From Actinomycetes bacterium (GTDB lineage Bacteria; Actinomycetota; Actinomycetes; JBBQFP01): 64,000 bases of DNA. A model generated the notes under the pieces. The model saw only the letters and a list, made by a program, of their open reading frames with translations. It was not told the origin of the DNA and did not search any database. Below, piece by piece: positions 24,653 through 32,765 of this stretch (positions are counted from its first letter, which is position 1; the number at the start of each line of letters is the position of its first letter). The stretch covers positions 9,622 to 73,621 of the forward strand of contig JBBQFP010000008.1 of NCBI GenBank assembly GCA_038322045.1. The letters run 5' to 3'. The position numbers were made by a program, and so were the translations under genes.

Positions 24653-24877
24653 TCAGCGACCAGAGGTCCCACTCACGGCTTCCTTGTTCGTGCGGATGCC
24701 GAGGAGTCGGTACAGCGGGCAGAACCCGATGGCGGCCGTGACCAGCAGGATCCCTGCAACAACGGCGAGGACGATACCGAGGACGCTGGAGATGCCGACG
24801 ACGATGGCAGCGATGGCTACGACGACGCCGCCGACGGCGCGCAGCATCCGATCGAGGTTGCTCTCGTTGGTGAACAT
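24653..24877 (-). CDS. DUF2892 (YgaP C-terminal-like) small membrane protein
   Basis: 74 aa, two TM helices ending in GFCPLYRLLGIRT, the hallmark DUF2892 motif. GAAAGGA ribosome-binding site. Confidence 0.7.
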   Translation of the reverse strand: MFTNESNLDRMLRAVGGVVVAIAAIVVGISSVLGIVLAVVAGILLVTAAIGFCPLYRLLGIRTNKEAVSGTSGR

Positions 24878-24979
24878 GGTGGGTCCTTTCCTAGGGGTCT
24901 GCTGCATGGACGTTCGACCGGCCCGAAGCGATACATCGGGTCTGGCAGCCCCCCGCAGTGGGGGAGAGGAGCGGTGGTC

Positions 24980-25699
24980 ATGAACACCTCGCATACGGCG
25001 CACGACCTGCCAGGCTGGCACTCGGTCCTGGTGGTGGTGGCCCATCCCGACGACGAGTCGTTCGGCCTCGGTGCCGTGGTCGACAGGTTCGTCGAGTCCG
25101 GCGCCGCAGTCTCCGTCCTGTGCTTCACCCAAGGCGAGGCGTCGACGCTGCACGGAGTCGACGGAGATCTCTCGCAGATACGCGCGGCGGAGCTGGCGGC
25201 CGCGGCTGCGGTTCTCGGAATCACTGACGTTCGCCTGTTGTCCTATCCCGACGGTCGGCTCCGCGATGTCGCGATCGGTGAACTGGCGGAACTCGTCGTG
25301 GCGGAAGCCCTCGCCCGACGTGCTGACGGTCTGCTCGTGTTCGACGCCTCGGGGGTCACCGGTCACCCCGACCACGTACGAGCCACAGCGGCCGCGCTCG
25401 ACGCCGGCCACCAGCTCGGGCTGGGCGTCCTCGCGTGGACCTTGCCGAACCCCCTTCCGTCACAGCTGGCCGCCGAGTTCGGTACCGGCTTCACGGGCCA
25501 CGACCCGTCGGACGTCGACGTGGTTCTGCCGGTCACGCGCACTCACCAGCTTGAGGCGGTGACCCGCCATCCCAGCCAGGCAGTTCCCGGGAGCGTCCTG
25601 TGGCGACGGCTTGAGCTCCTTGGCGACGTGGAGCACCTGCGGTGGCTGCGACGCCCGACGGCCGCGCCCGCTCCGGCCCGCGATGGCCCCGGTCAGTGA
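24980..25699 (+). CDS. PIG-L/LmbE-family N-acetylglucosaminyl deacetylase (MshB/Mca-like family)
   Basis: VVVAHPDDESFGLG and GHPDHVRA motifs. The ATG at 24980 is preceded by a GGAGAGGAG ribosome-binding site. Confidence 0.8.
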   Translation: MNTSHTAHDLPGWHSVLVVVAHPDDESFGLGAVVDRFVESGAAVSVLCFTQGEASTLHGVDGDLSQIRAAELAAAAAVLGITDVRLLSYPDGRLRDVAIGELAELVVAEALARRADGLLVFDASGVTGHPDHVRATAAALDAGHQLGLGVLAWTLPNPLPSQLAAEFGTGFTGHDPSDVDVVLPVTRTHQLEAVTRHPSQAVPGSVLWRRLELLGDVEHLRWLRRPTAAPAPARDGPGQ

Positions 25700-25753
25700 G
25701 CGATCCGGGCGAGCGAACCGGTCCACTGCTGGGGCCATCGATTTGCTCGAGAC

Positions 25754-25769
25754 ATACCCCGGGGGGTAT
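25754..25769. promoter_or_regulatory. CsoR/CstR-family-type operator palindrome, upstream of Cys-rich paralog B
   Basis: ATACCCC-GG-GGGGTAT, 41 nt upstream of the ATG at 25811. Confidence 0.6.
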
Positions 25770-25810
25770 TCTTGCCGCCATCAGGAACCGCGACCAGAAG
25801 GGCCCTCTCG

Positions 25811-25978
25811 ATGTGCCGACAGGTGACGTGCCGTAAGTGCGGGAACGCGACGTGGTCTGGCTGTGGCCAGCATGTCGACCAGGTGATGCGCGGAGTGCCG
25901 AAGTCCAAGCGCTGCGTGTGCCCGCCCACGCCCTCGCTCGTCGAGCGCCTTTTCGGAGGCCGCAAGGCGAAGGTCTGA
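25811..25978 (+). CDS. 55-aa cysteine-rich mini-protein (paralog B)
   Basis: MCRQVTCRKCGNATWSGCGQHVDQVMRGVPKSKRCVCPPTPSLVERLFGGRKAKV. 22 of 38 aligned residues match paralog A, with all six Cys and the His conserved. Confidence 0.6.
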   Translation: MCRQVTCRKCGNATWSGCGQHVDQVMRGVPKSKRCVCPPTPSLVERLFGGRKAKV

Positions 25979-25989
25979 CGGTCCTTCTG

Positions 25990-27717
25990 TCAGACCGCAC
26001 GCACCGGGTGGTATTCACACCGCCACATGGCGTCGTGGACCCGAGACTCGAGGCTGTCGTCGACGGGTGCAGTCGCGACGCCGTCGGTCTGAGCGGCACG
26101 AGCCACGGCAATCGCGACGATGGCTGACGTGGCCGGCAGGTCGGCCACAGGCGGCAGCAGAGAGGCGCCCGGCCCGGAGGAATCGGCCTGTGCCGCCACA
26201 GCCTGCGCCGCGGCGAGGAACATGCCGTCGGTGATGCGGCTTGCGCGGGCCACGATGACGCCGAGCCCGAGTCCGGGGAACACGAGCGCGTTGTTGACCT
26301 GGGCGATCTCGTAGGTTGTGCCCTCGAACAGCACCGGCGCGAAAGGGCTGCCCGACGCCACCAGCGCTCGTCCGTCGCTCCAGGCGAGCAGGTCGGCCGG
26401 GAAGGCCTCGGCCAGGCTTGTCGGGTTCGACATCGGCATGATGATCGGACGGTCGACGTGGGCCGCCATGCCGCGCACGATCTCCTCGGTGAACGCCTGA
26501 GGTCGAGCAGAAGCACCGATGAGGATCGTTGGTCGCACCTGGCGCACGACCTCGCTGAGGCTGATGCCCCCGAGCTCGCTGTCGTGCTCCCAGTCGGTGA
26601 CTTCAGAGGTTGGTCGGGCATACGGCGCTTGGAAGTCGCGCAGATCGGCGCGGTCGCTGGTGAGGAGTCCGTGCCTTCCGACGCACCAGAACTGCCGCGT
26701 TGCGGTGTCGAACGGCATGCCGGCGACGCACATCGCGTCTCGGAGCCGGTCGGCAATGCCGATGCCAGCGGTCCCTGAGCCATAGACCACCACACGGTGC
26801 TCGGTCAGCGACTGCCCGCTGACGCGGCTCGCGGACAGCACGGCGGCCAGGCTCACGGCACCGGTGCCCTGCATGTCGTCATTGAAGGTAAGCGTCGAGC
26901 CTCTGTAGCGGTCGAGGATCCGGCGTGCGTTGCTTGTCCCGAAGTCCTCCCAGTGCAGCAACGCGTGCGGGAAGAGCCTGCCCACGGTGGTGACGTAGCG
27001 GTCGATGAAGTCGTCGTACACGGCGCGGCTGACGCGCGGGTGAGAGACGCCGAGGTAGAGCGGGTCGTCGAGCAGCTGCTGCCGGTTGGTGCCCACGTCG
27101 AGCATGACGGCGAGCGTGCGCGAGGGGTTGATGCCGGCCGCTGCGGTGTAGACGTTGAGCTTGCCGACGGCGATCTCGATCCCGCCTACGCCCCAGTCGC
27201 CGATGCCCAGGATGCCTTCGGCGTCGGTGGCGATGATCAGGTCGACGTCATCGGGACCTCGGCCGGCCGAGCGGAGGGCCTGCTCGATGCCGTCGGGATC
27301 CTCGACGGACAAGTAGACGCCGCGCGGGCGTCGGTACTCGTGGCTGTAACGCTGGATCGCCTCGCCGACCGTGGGCGTGTAGACGATGGGCAGCATCTCC
27401 GGCAGGTGGTCCCCGAGGAGTCGGAAGAACAGCACCTCGTTGCGGTCGTGCAGCGCGGTGAGGAAGACGTTCCTCGCCAGATCGCTCGGCTGCTCGAGAT
27501 ACAGGCGGTAGGCACGGCTCGCCTGCTGTTCGAGCGTCAGCACGCGTGGCGGAAGCAGCCCTACCAGCCCGAGCGCTTCGCGCTCCTCCGTCGTGAAGGC
27601 GGTGCCCTTGTTGATGTGCGGGTCGCTCAGCACCGCCCGGCCTCTCGCGGGGGTCTCCCAAGCCTTGTCCAGCGCGTTCCAATGGGTCACGGCCGATAGT
27701 CTGACAGAAGTGCCCAT
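25990..27717 (-). CDS. NAD(P)-dependent malic enzyme
   Basis: 575 aa. VLSDPHINKGTAFTTEEREALGLVGLLPP is the typical malic-enzyme N-terminus, followed by dinucleotide-binding VVVYGSGTAGIGIA. Confidence 0.9.
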   Translation of the reverse strand: MGTSVRLSAVTHWNALDKAWETPARGRAVLSDPHINKGTAFTTEEREALGLVGLLPPRVLTLEQQASRAYRLYLEQPSDLARNVFLTALHDRNEVLFFRLLGDHLPEMLPIVYTPTVGEAIQRYSHEYRRPRGVYLSVEDPDGIEQALRSAGRGPDDVDLIIATDAEGILGIGDWGVGGIEIAVGKLNVYTAAAGINPSRTLAVMLDVGTNRQQLLDDPLYLGVSHPRVSRAVYDDFIDRYVTTVGRLFPHALLHWEDFGTSNARRILDRYRGSTLTFNDDMQGTGAVSLAAVLSASRVSGQSLTEHRVVVYGSGTAGIGIADRLRDAMCVAGMPFDTATRQFWCVGRHGLLTSDRADLRDFQAPYARPTSEVTDWEHDSELGGISLSEVVRQVRPTILIGASARPQAFTEEIVRGMAAHVDRPIIMPMSNPTSLAEAFPADLLAWSDGRALVASGSPFAPVLFEGTTYEIAQVNNALVFPGLGLGVIVARASRITDGMFLAAAQAVAAQADSSGPGASLLPPVADLPATSAIVAIAVARAAQTDGVATAPVDDSLESRVHDAMWRCEYHPVRAV

Positions 27718-27850
27718 CCTTCGACCGCAGGACGCTCGCGGACGCGGTCACGCCTGTCCCTGGGAGGAGACACGCCCTAGGCGAGCGGTTCCTGAGTACG
27801 CCGACTACGCGCGCCCGACGCCACGGTTCATCCCTGGTACCCGACAGCTC

Positions 27851-28081
27851 TCAACCGTGGGAGCGCAGGATCATCCGGGTCATCCTCAGACTCACCGCCG
27901 CGAAGCGGTATGCCTGCACGGGCAAGTTGTTACGCATCTTGATCGTGCGCTCCGTGGGCATCGGTGCCTCATAGGCAGCCGGCTCGGTGAGTCCGGCGGC
28001 TGGGCCGCGCGGTTGGTCGGCGGGGGTCTGGGACGGGGTGGCGGTCATGGTGTCCTCGTTGCTCGAAGTCGCGTGGCTCAT
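27851..28081 (-). CDS. Small hypothetical protein translationally coupled to the SQR-like gene
   Basis: 76-aa ORF whose ATG overlaps the sqr stop (ATGA at 28078-28081). The C-terminal part is non-low-complexity (TIKMRNNLPVQAYRFAAVSLRMTRMILRSHG). No family recognised. Confidence 0.4.
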   Translation of the reverse strand: MSHATSSNEDTMTATPSQTPADQPRGPAAGLTEPAAYEAPMPTERTIKMRNNLPVQAYRFAAVSLRMTRMILRSHG

Positions 28082-29535
28082 TCGGGGATCATCGACCAGC
28101 CGACCTTGCCCTTGGCCTTGTAGATGAACAGGACGTGCAGCAGGTGCTTCATCCAGTGACCGGCGAGCCCGATCTCCCCCGTGGTCTCGGTGAGGCTGCG
28201 GCCGTACCCGGGGAACTTGTCATAGTCAGGAACCACGGGGAACATCGTCATCGACGCGGCGCTGCCCTTGGTGAACCCGACGCCGGCGGAGGCGACGCAC
28301 GCGGCACCCATGTTCGCCATAGAGGCGCGGTGCTCGGGTGCTCCCGCCTTGCCGGTGATCATGTCGGTGATGCTCATCGCGACCGCACGCCCCATGAGCC
28401 CCGACGGCATCCCGGTTCGCGGCGGGGCGGGGGAGATGACGGTGCCGTTGGGGGCCTTGCGCGGGACGGAGATCGGGTGCGGCGGTGCGAAGGCAATCCC
28501 GACGCCGAACACGTTGGGGTACTTCGGGCTGACGTAGGTGCTCGGCCAGTCCGAGGCCTTCCAGTCCTCCATCGGCTTGGCCGTGTAGTCGGCGTCGACC
28601 TTGAGGAACCCGTTGGGCGCGAAGACCTCGGCGGTGATCTCGGTTCCCTCGCGGTCGAAGGCCTGGAGGTCTACGCCACGGAACGGGGGGAGGAGCATGG
28701 CGAAGTCGAAGTCCAGGCTGTCTTCGGAGCCGTCGAGGGTCTCGTAGAAGAGCTTGCCCTCCTCCACGCGTTGTACGTGGGCGCGCAGGATGGACTTCAC
28801 GCCGCGCTCCTTGAACAGCGACTCGGTCCACAGCTTGCTGCTGGTCACGAAGCCGTTCTGCTTGAAGGTCAGTCCGCCGACACCGAAGTCGCCGAGCTCG
28901 TACTCGTTGGACAGGTAGACGACGTCGGCGAGCTCGCGCAGGCCGCGCGATCGCAGCTCATGCTCGACGTTGAAGGCGTACTCGAACGCCGCGCCCTCGC
29001 ACGTGCAGGTGCCGTGCCCGACGCCGATCACGAGTCGTTGGGGAGTGCCCGACTTGAGCTTGCGGATGACCTCGGCGAGCGCAGTCGCGGCCTGCTCCGC
29101 GTGGCCGGAGGTGCAGACCGACACGGTGTGCCCGTCCGGGCCGAGACCGGGAGTGGCGCCGAAGTTCAGCTTCGGGCCGGTGGCGTTGACGAGGTAGTCG
29201 TACTCGATGCACTGGGTCTCGCCCGCGCGCGTCGGGTCGGTAAAGACGACGTCGATGAAGCCCTTGCGCGTGTTGTCGTCGCCCTCGGGGTGCAGCGCGA
29301 CAGCCTTGGCCTGGCGGAAGTCGATGCCGTGCTTGTCGTAGACCGGCTTGAGCGGGAACGTCACCTGCTTGGCCTTCATCCGCCCGACCCCGACCCAGAT
29401 GTTCGACGGGATCCAGTTCCACTGCGAGTTCGGCGACACCACGATCACCTCGTGGGTCTTGTCGAGCAGGCGGCGCAAGTGCAGGGCTGCGGTGTGGCCG
29501 GAGATGCCGGCTCCCATCACGACGACGCGAGCCAT
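28078..29535 (-). CDS. sqr: Sulfide:quinone oxidoreductase-like FAD-dependent pyridine-nucleotide-disulfide oxidoreductase
   Basis: 485 aa. The N-terminal FAD fold is MARVVVMGAGISGHTAA. Length and layout are typical of SQR-type flavoproteins. It is preceded by an operator and a CstR-like repressor gene. Confidence 0.75.
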   Translation of the reverse strand: MARVVVMGAGISGHTAALHLRRLLDKTHEVIVVSPNSQWNWIPSNIWVGVGRMKAKQVTFPLKPVYDKHGIDFRQAKAVALHPEGDDNTRKGFIDVVFTDPTRAGETQCIEYDYLVNATGPKLNFGATPGLGPDGHTVSVCTSGHAEQAATALAEVIRKLKSGTPQRLVIGVGHGTCTCEGAAFEYAFNVEHELRSRGLRELADVVYLSNEYELGDFGVGGLTFKQNGFVTSSKLWTESLFKERGVKSILRAHVQRVEEGKLFYETLDGSEDSLDFDFAMLLPPFRGVDLQAFDREGTEITAEVFAPNGFLKVDADYTAKPMEDWKASDWPSTYVSPKYPNVFGVGIAFAPPHPISVPRKAPNGTVISPAPPRTGMPSGLMGRAVAMSITDMITGKAGAPEHRASMANMGAACVASAGVGFTKGSAASMTMFPVVPDYDKFPGYGRSLTETTGEIGLAGHWMKHLLHVLFIYKAKGKVGWSMIPE

Positions 29536-29579
29536 GTGCTCTCCCAGGTGTTCACGAGTCTTAGGCCTTGATCGTCATA

Positions 29580-29595
29580 TTACCCCTGGGGGTAT
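29580..29595. promoter_or_regulatory. CsoR/CstR-family-type operator palindrome, upstream of sqr
   Basis: TTACCCC-TG-GGGGTAT, 44 nt upstream of the sqr ATG at 29535. Confidence 0.55.
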
Positions 29596-29680
29596 ACGGA
29601 AGGCAAGGCTAACGTGAGCCGAGCGGATGTCCGAGCCCGCGCATTGAGGTGACGCCGTCCGGCCCGGTTCGCGGGATTCG

Positions 29681-29716
29681 CGTCCAGAGCGCCCAGAGCG
29701 CCCAGAGCGCCCAGAG
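29681..29716. repeat. 9-bp tandem repeat x4 (CGTCCAGAG, then CGCCCAGAG x3)
   Basis: Read directly. Lies 12 nt downstream of the cstR-like stop, in the cstR-sqr intergenic region. Confidence 0.85.
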
Positions 29717-29727
29717 GGTCCTGAGGA

Positions 29728-29997
29728 TCAGGCCAGCGACAGGAAGAGCTTCTCGAGGCGTGAACGATCCATGGGCGGGGGATCGCCGGCCGACTCGGCC
29801 TCGATGCACTGCTGCAGTCCGCAGGCGACGATGGTGAAGGCGGCACGGTCGACGGCCTTCGAGGCGGCCGAGAGCTGGGTGACGATGTCCTCGCAGCTGC
29901 GGCCGCTCTCGATCATCGCGAGGACGCCCTCGATCTGGCCACGGGCTCGGCGCAGGCGTGCGGCGACGGACTTGGCGGACTCGGTGTCGAGCTGCAT
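29728..29997 (-). CDS. CsoR/RcnR-family repressor lacking the Cu-ligand His (CstR-like persulfide-sensor candidate)
   Basis: MQLDTESAKSVAARLRRARGQIEGVLAMIESGRSCEDIVTQLSAASKAVDRAAFTIVACGLQQCIE. It aligns colinearly with the CsoR at 60691. The two Cys are conserved, and the His of EHLSHC is replaced by Gly (ACGLQQC). GAGGAG ribosome-binding site. Confidence 0.8.
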   Translation of the reverse strand: MQLDTESAKSVAARLRRARGQIEGVLAMIESGRSCEDIVTQLSAASKAVDRAAFTIVACGLQQCIEAESAGDPPPMDRSRLEKLFLSLA

Positions 29998-30155
29998 CGG
30001 GAACTCCTCGGTGGTCCGGCCCTCCGGAACGGCGACGGAGGTCACGATGCCACGAGCCGGCGCGCTTCGGTGCCAGCGGCGAGCCGAGGGTCGGGTCGGA
30101 CGGCTCGGAGCGTCCGCGGGCCCCAGCACCTGACGGGTGCGCAAGACGACAGGAG

Positions 30156-31151
30156 TCAGCCCCGGTGCTCGCCCGCCGGCGAGCCGGTGGCGGTGCCCTT
30201 GCCACGGCCGCGCGTGACGACGTGCATCACCGCGACGACGGCCGCTCCGACGACGAGACCGACGGCAGCCGAGACCGCCGTCCCTGCGAGCCAGCCGAGC
30301 AGACCACCCACGGCGGGTGCCCCCGACACGGCGTCCTCGAGGTGGTGAACGACGTCGGAGGGCCAGTCCCAGCCCAGCTCGTGCATCCCGTTGAGCAGGA
30401 TGTGACCACCAACCCAGAGCATCGCGACGACGCCGACAGCCGACAGGGCGGCAAGCAGTCGCGGCATGGCGGCGACCAGCCCTCGGCCGGTCCGTCGCGC
30501 TGCGGGCGACGTCCGTCCGGCGAGGTGGAGGCCGACATCGTCCATCTTGACGATCAGCCCGACGACGCCGTAGACGAGCAGGGTGATCGCCAGGGCGACG
30601 ACGACGAGGATCAGTGCGCGGGAGAGCAGCGCCTCGTCGGCGACCTCGTCGAGCGCGATGACCATGATCTCGGTGGAGAGGATGAAGTCCGTGCGGATCG
30701 CACCCGAGACGGTCGACCTCTCGAGGTCCTCAGAACCGGAGCCGTCTGAGTCGCCGGAAGCGGTCGGAGGTGCCGGATGCTCTTCCGCGCCGTGGTGCGC
30801 CACCCGTTCCCAGACCTTCTCGGCGCCCTCGTAGCAGAGGTAGGTGCCGCCGAGCATGAGCAACGGTGTGAGGACCCACGGCAGGAGCTCGCTCAGCAGC
30901 AGGATCGCCGGCAGGATGATGAGCATCTTGTTGCGCAAGGACCCTAGGGCGATGCGCCTGATGATGGGCAGCTCGCGGGCCGGGCTCAGCCCCTGCACGT
31001 AACGCGGGGTGACGGCGGTGTCGTCGATGACTACCCCCGCGGCCTTCGCGCTGGCCCGGCCCGCCGCCGCGGCGACGTCGTCGAGCGAGGCCGCCGACAG
31101 CTTCACCAGTGCTGCGACGTCGTCGAGCAGCGCGACCAGGCCGCCGCTCAT
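30156..31151 (-). CDS. DUF808 (YedI-like) inner-membrane protein
   Basis: MSGGLVALLDDVAALVKLSAASLDDVAAAAGRASAKAAGVVIDDTAVTPRYV is the characteristic DUF808 N-terminus. It is followed by several TM helices. Confidence 0.75.
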   Translation of the reverse strand: MSGGLVALLDDVAALVKLSAASLDDVAAAAGRASAKAAGVVIDDTAVTPRYVQGLSPARELPIIRRIALGSLRNKMLIILPAILLLSELLPWVLTPLLMLGGTYLCYEGAEKVWERVAHHGAEEHPAPPTASGDSDGSGSEDLERSTVSGAIRTDFILSTEIMVIALDEVADEALLSRALILVVVALAITLLVYGVVGLIVKMDDVGLHLAGRTSPAARRTGRGLVAAMPRLLAALSAVGVVAMLWVGGHILLNGMHELGWDWPSDVVHHLEDAVSGAPAVGGLLGWLAGTAVSAAVGLVVGAAVVAVMHVVTRGRGKGTATGSPAGEHRG

Positions 31152-31262
31152 CGCAGGCCGCTCTCGCCAGAGGTCATGGGGGAACGGTATCGGCGGCAGC
31201 GGCGCGCGGCGCGTTGCGGATGCCCGCGCGCGGGCGGTGCCTCGACCGCGCAGGATGGGGCG

Positions 31263-31994
31263 GTGCCCGGTCCTCTCGCGCTCGTCGGCTCCGGCGAGTA
31301 CCTGCCCGTGCTGGAGGACGTCGAGCGCGAGCTGCTCGACGCCGCAGCCGCTCGGGGGCGACCCCGGCGGTACGTGCAGCTGGCCACCGCTGCGGCACCG
31401 GAGGGTCCGGCGTCCCTTGCCCGGTGGCACGCGCTTGGCCTGGCCGCCGCCCGGCGCCTGGGGGCCGAGCAGATCGTCGTCCCCGTGGTGGACAAGGCGA
31501 GCGCCGACGACCCGCGGCTGGCCGACCTCGTGGCGGACGCCGGTCTCGTGTACCTCTCAGGCGGGAGCCCGGTGTTCCTCGCGACGACGCTGGGCGGGAC
31601 CGCCGTGTGGGCGGCGATCCATCGAGCCTGGCAGGCCGGCGCATCGCTGGCCGGGTGCAGCGCCGGGGCGATGGCGCTCACAGACCACGTCCCGGAGCTG
31701 TTCCACCCGCGTCGTCCCGCCCAGACCGGGCTTGGCGCGGTTCCGCACCTTCGGGTGCTGCCGCACTTCGACCGGTTCGCCAGCCGCATCCCCGACCTGC
31801 TCCTCACGCGCATCGTCGCCACGCCGCCCGGAGTGACCGTGGTCGGCATCGACGAGGACACCGCGCTGGTCGGCGGGCCCGAGCGGTGGCAGGTGCGAGG
31901 CAGGCAGTCGGTGTGGGTGCTCACCCCGGACGGGCGCACCGAGCACCCCGCCGGAAGCGAGCTTGTCACCCTGTCGGCGCCTGATAGCCCCTGA
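31263..31994 (+). CDS. Peptidase S51 / cyanophycinase-like (class I glutamine-amidotransferase-like fold) protein
   Basis: LALVGSGEYLPV...VYLSGGSPVFL...LAGCSAGAMAL layout. The start is uncertain (GTG at 31263 or upstream). Confidence 0.55.
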   Translation: MPGPLALVGSGEYLPVLEDVERELLDAAAARGRPRRYVQLATAAAPEGPASLARWHALGLAAARRLGAEQIVVPVVDKASADDPRLADLVADAGLVYLSGGSPVFLATTLGGTAVWAAIHRAWQAGASLAGCSAGAMALTDHVPELFHPRRPAQTGLGAVPHLRVLPHFDRFASRIPDLLLTRIVATPPGVTVVGIDEDTALVGGPERWQVRGRQSVWVLTPDGRTEHPAGSELVTLSAPDSP

Positions 31995-32014
31995 CATGCT
32001 GGGTCGCGGGCACC

Positions 32015-32716
32015 GTGACCCCCGAGGAGCAGCCGATGGCGACCATCTCCGTGCGTGGTGCGGGCCGCGTCGAGACCTCCCCTGACGAGGCGCACCTCGT
32101 CCTCCACGTCGGCACCCGCGGGGCGAGCACCGCGGAGGTCCTCGCCGCGCTCCGTTCCGACGCCGACCGCTGCGTCAGCCTGCTCGAGGCCGCCGGGGCC
32201 GTCCTCGCCGCGCCGGTCCAGCGCCCTCGCCTCGGCTACATGCGTTCCGGCGTGACGGTCGAGGAGCAGACCCGCTGGGACCAGCGCGCAGAGGAGCAGG
32301 TTCCGACGGGCTCCTTCGTCGGGACGGCGAGCGTCGAGGTGACGGTGCGCGAGTGGGCGCTGCTGCCGCAGGTGCTCGAGGTCGTCGCCCAGGGCGGCTC
32401 GGCCGTGGCGATGCGCGGGGTCGAGTGGACCGTCGACGACGACAACCCGACCTGGGCAGACGTCCGCGCTCTCGCCGTCGAGGACGCCGTGCGACGCGCA
32501 GAGCACTACGCGCGGGCTGCGGGCTGGGTCCTCGGGCCACTGGAGCAGCTCGCCGACGACGGCCTGAGCACCGACCTGCCGATGGCCCGTGCATCGATGC
32601 TCGGAGCGCCCCCCGGCCTGGTGTCGGGTGGCGGTGTGCCGAACCTCGACCCGCCGACCCAGGTGCTCGGCGCTGCCGTCGAGGCGCGCTTCGGCGCCTC
32701 CCCCGCACAGGCGTGA
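32015..32716 (+). CDS. SIMPL-domain (DUF541) protein
   Basis: MATISVRGAGRVETSPDEAHLVL... is the typical DUF541 opening. 233 aa. Confidence 0.6.
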   Translation: MTPEEQPMATISVRGAGRVETSPDEAHLVLHVGTRGASTAEVLAALRSDADRCVSLLEAAGAVLAAPVQRPRLGYMRSGVTVEEQTRWDQRAEEQVPTGSFVGTASVEVTVREWALLPQVLEVVAQGGSAVAMRGVEWTVDDDNPTWADVRALAVEDAVRRAEHYARAAGWVLGPLEQLADDGLSTDLPMARASMLGAPPGLVSGGGVPNLDPPTQVLGAAVEARFGASPAQA

Positions 32717-32765
32717 CATCTCCGCGGACGTGGCCGACGTACCCCAGTCTCGGCCGGGAGGGAGC

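Noticed and set aside
24948-24963. CCCCCC-GCAGT-GGGGG inverted repeat in the DUF2892/PIG-L divergent region, considered as a seventh operator.
   Set aside because: It lacks the ATA/TAT arms shared by the six clear sites, has a 5-nt spacer, and overlaps the G-rich ribosome-binding site of the deacetylase gene. The resemblance may be coincidental G/C runs.
29580-29846. 88-aa minus-strand ORF containing DPLGALGALGALDA.
   Set aside because: The periodic GAL tract is just the translation of the 9-bp tandem repeat. The ORF also runs across the operator and the cstR 3' end. There is no coding evidence.
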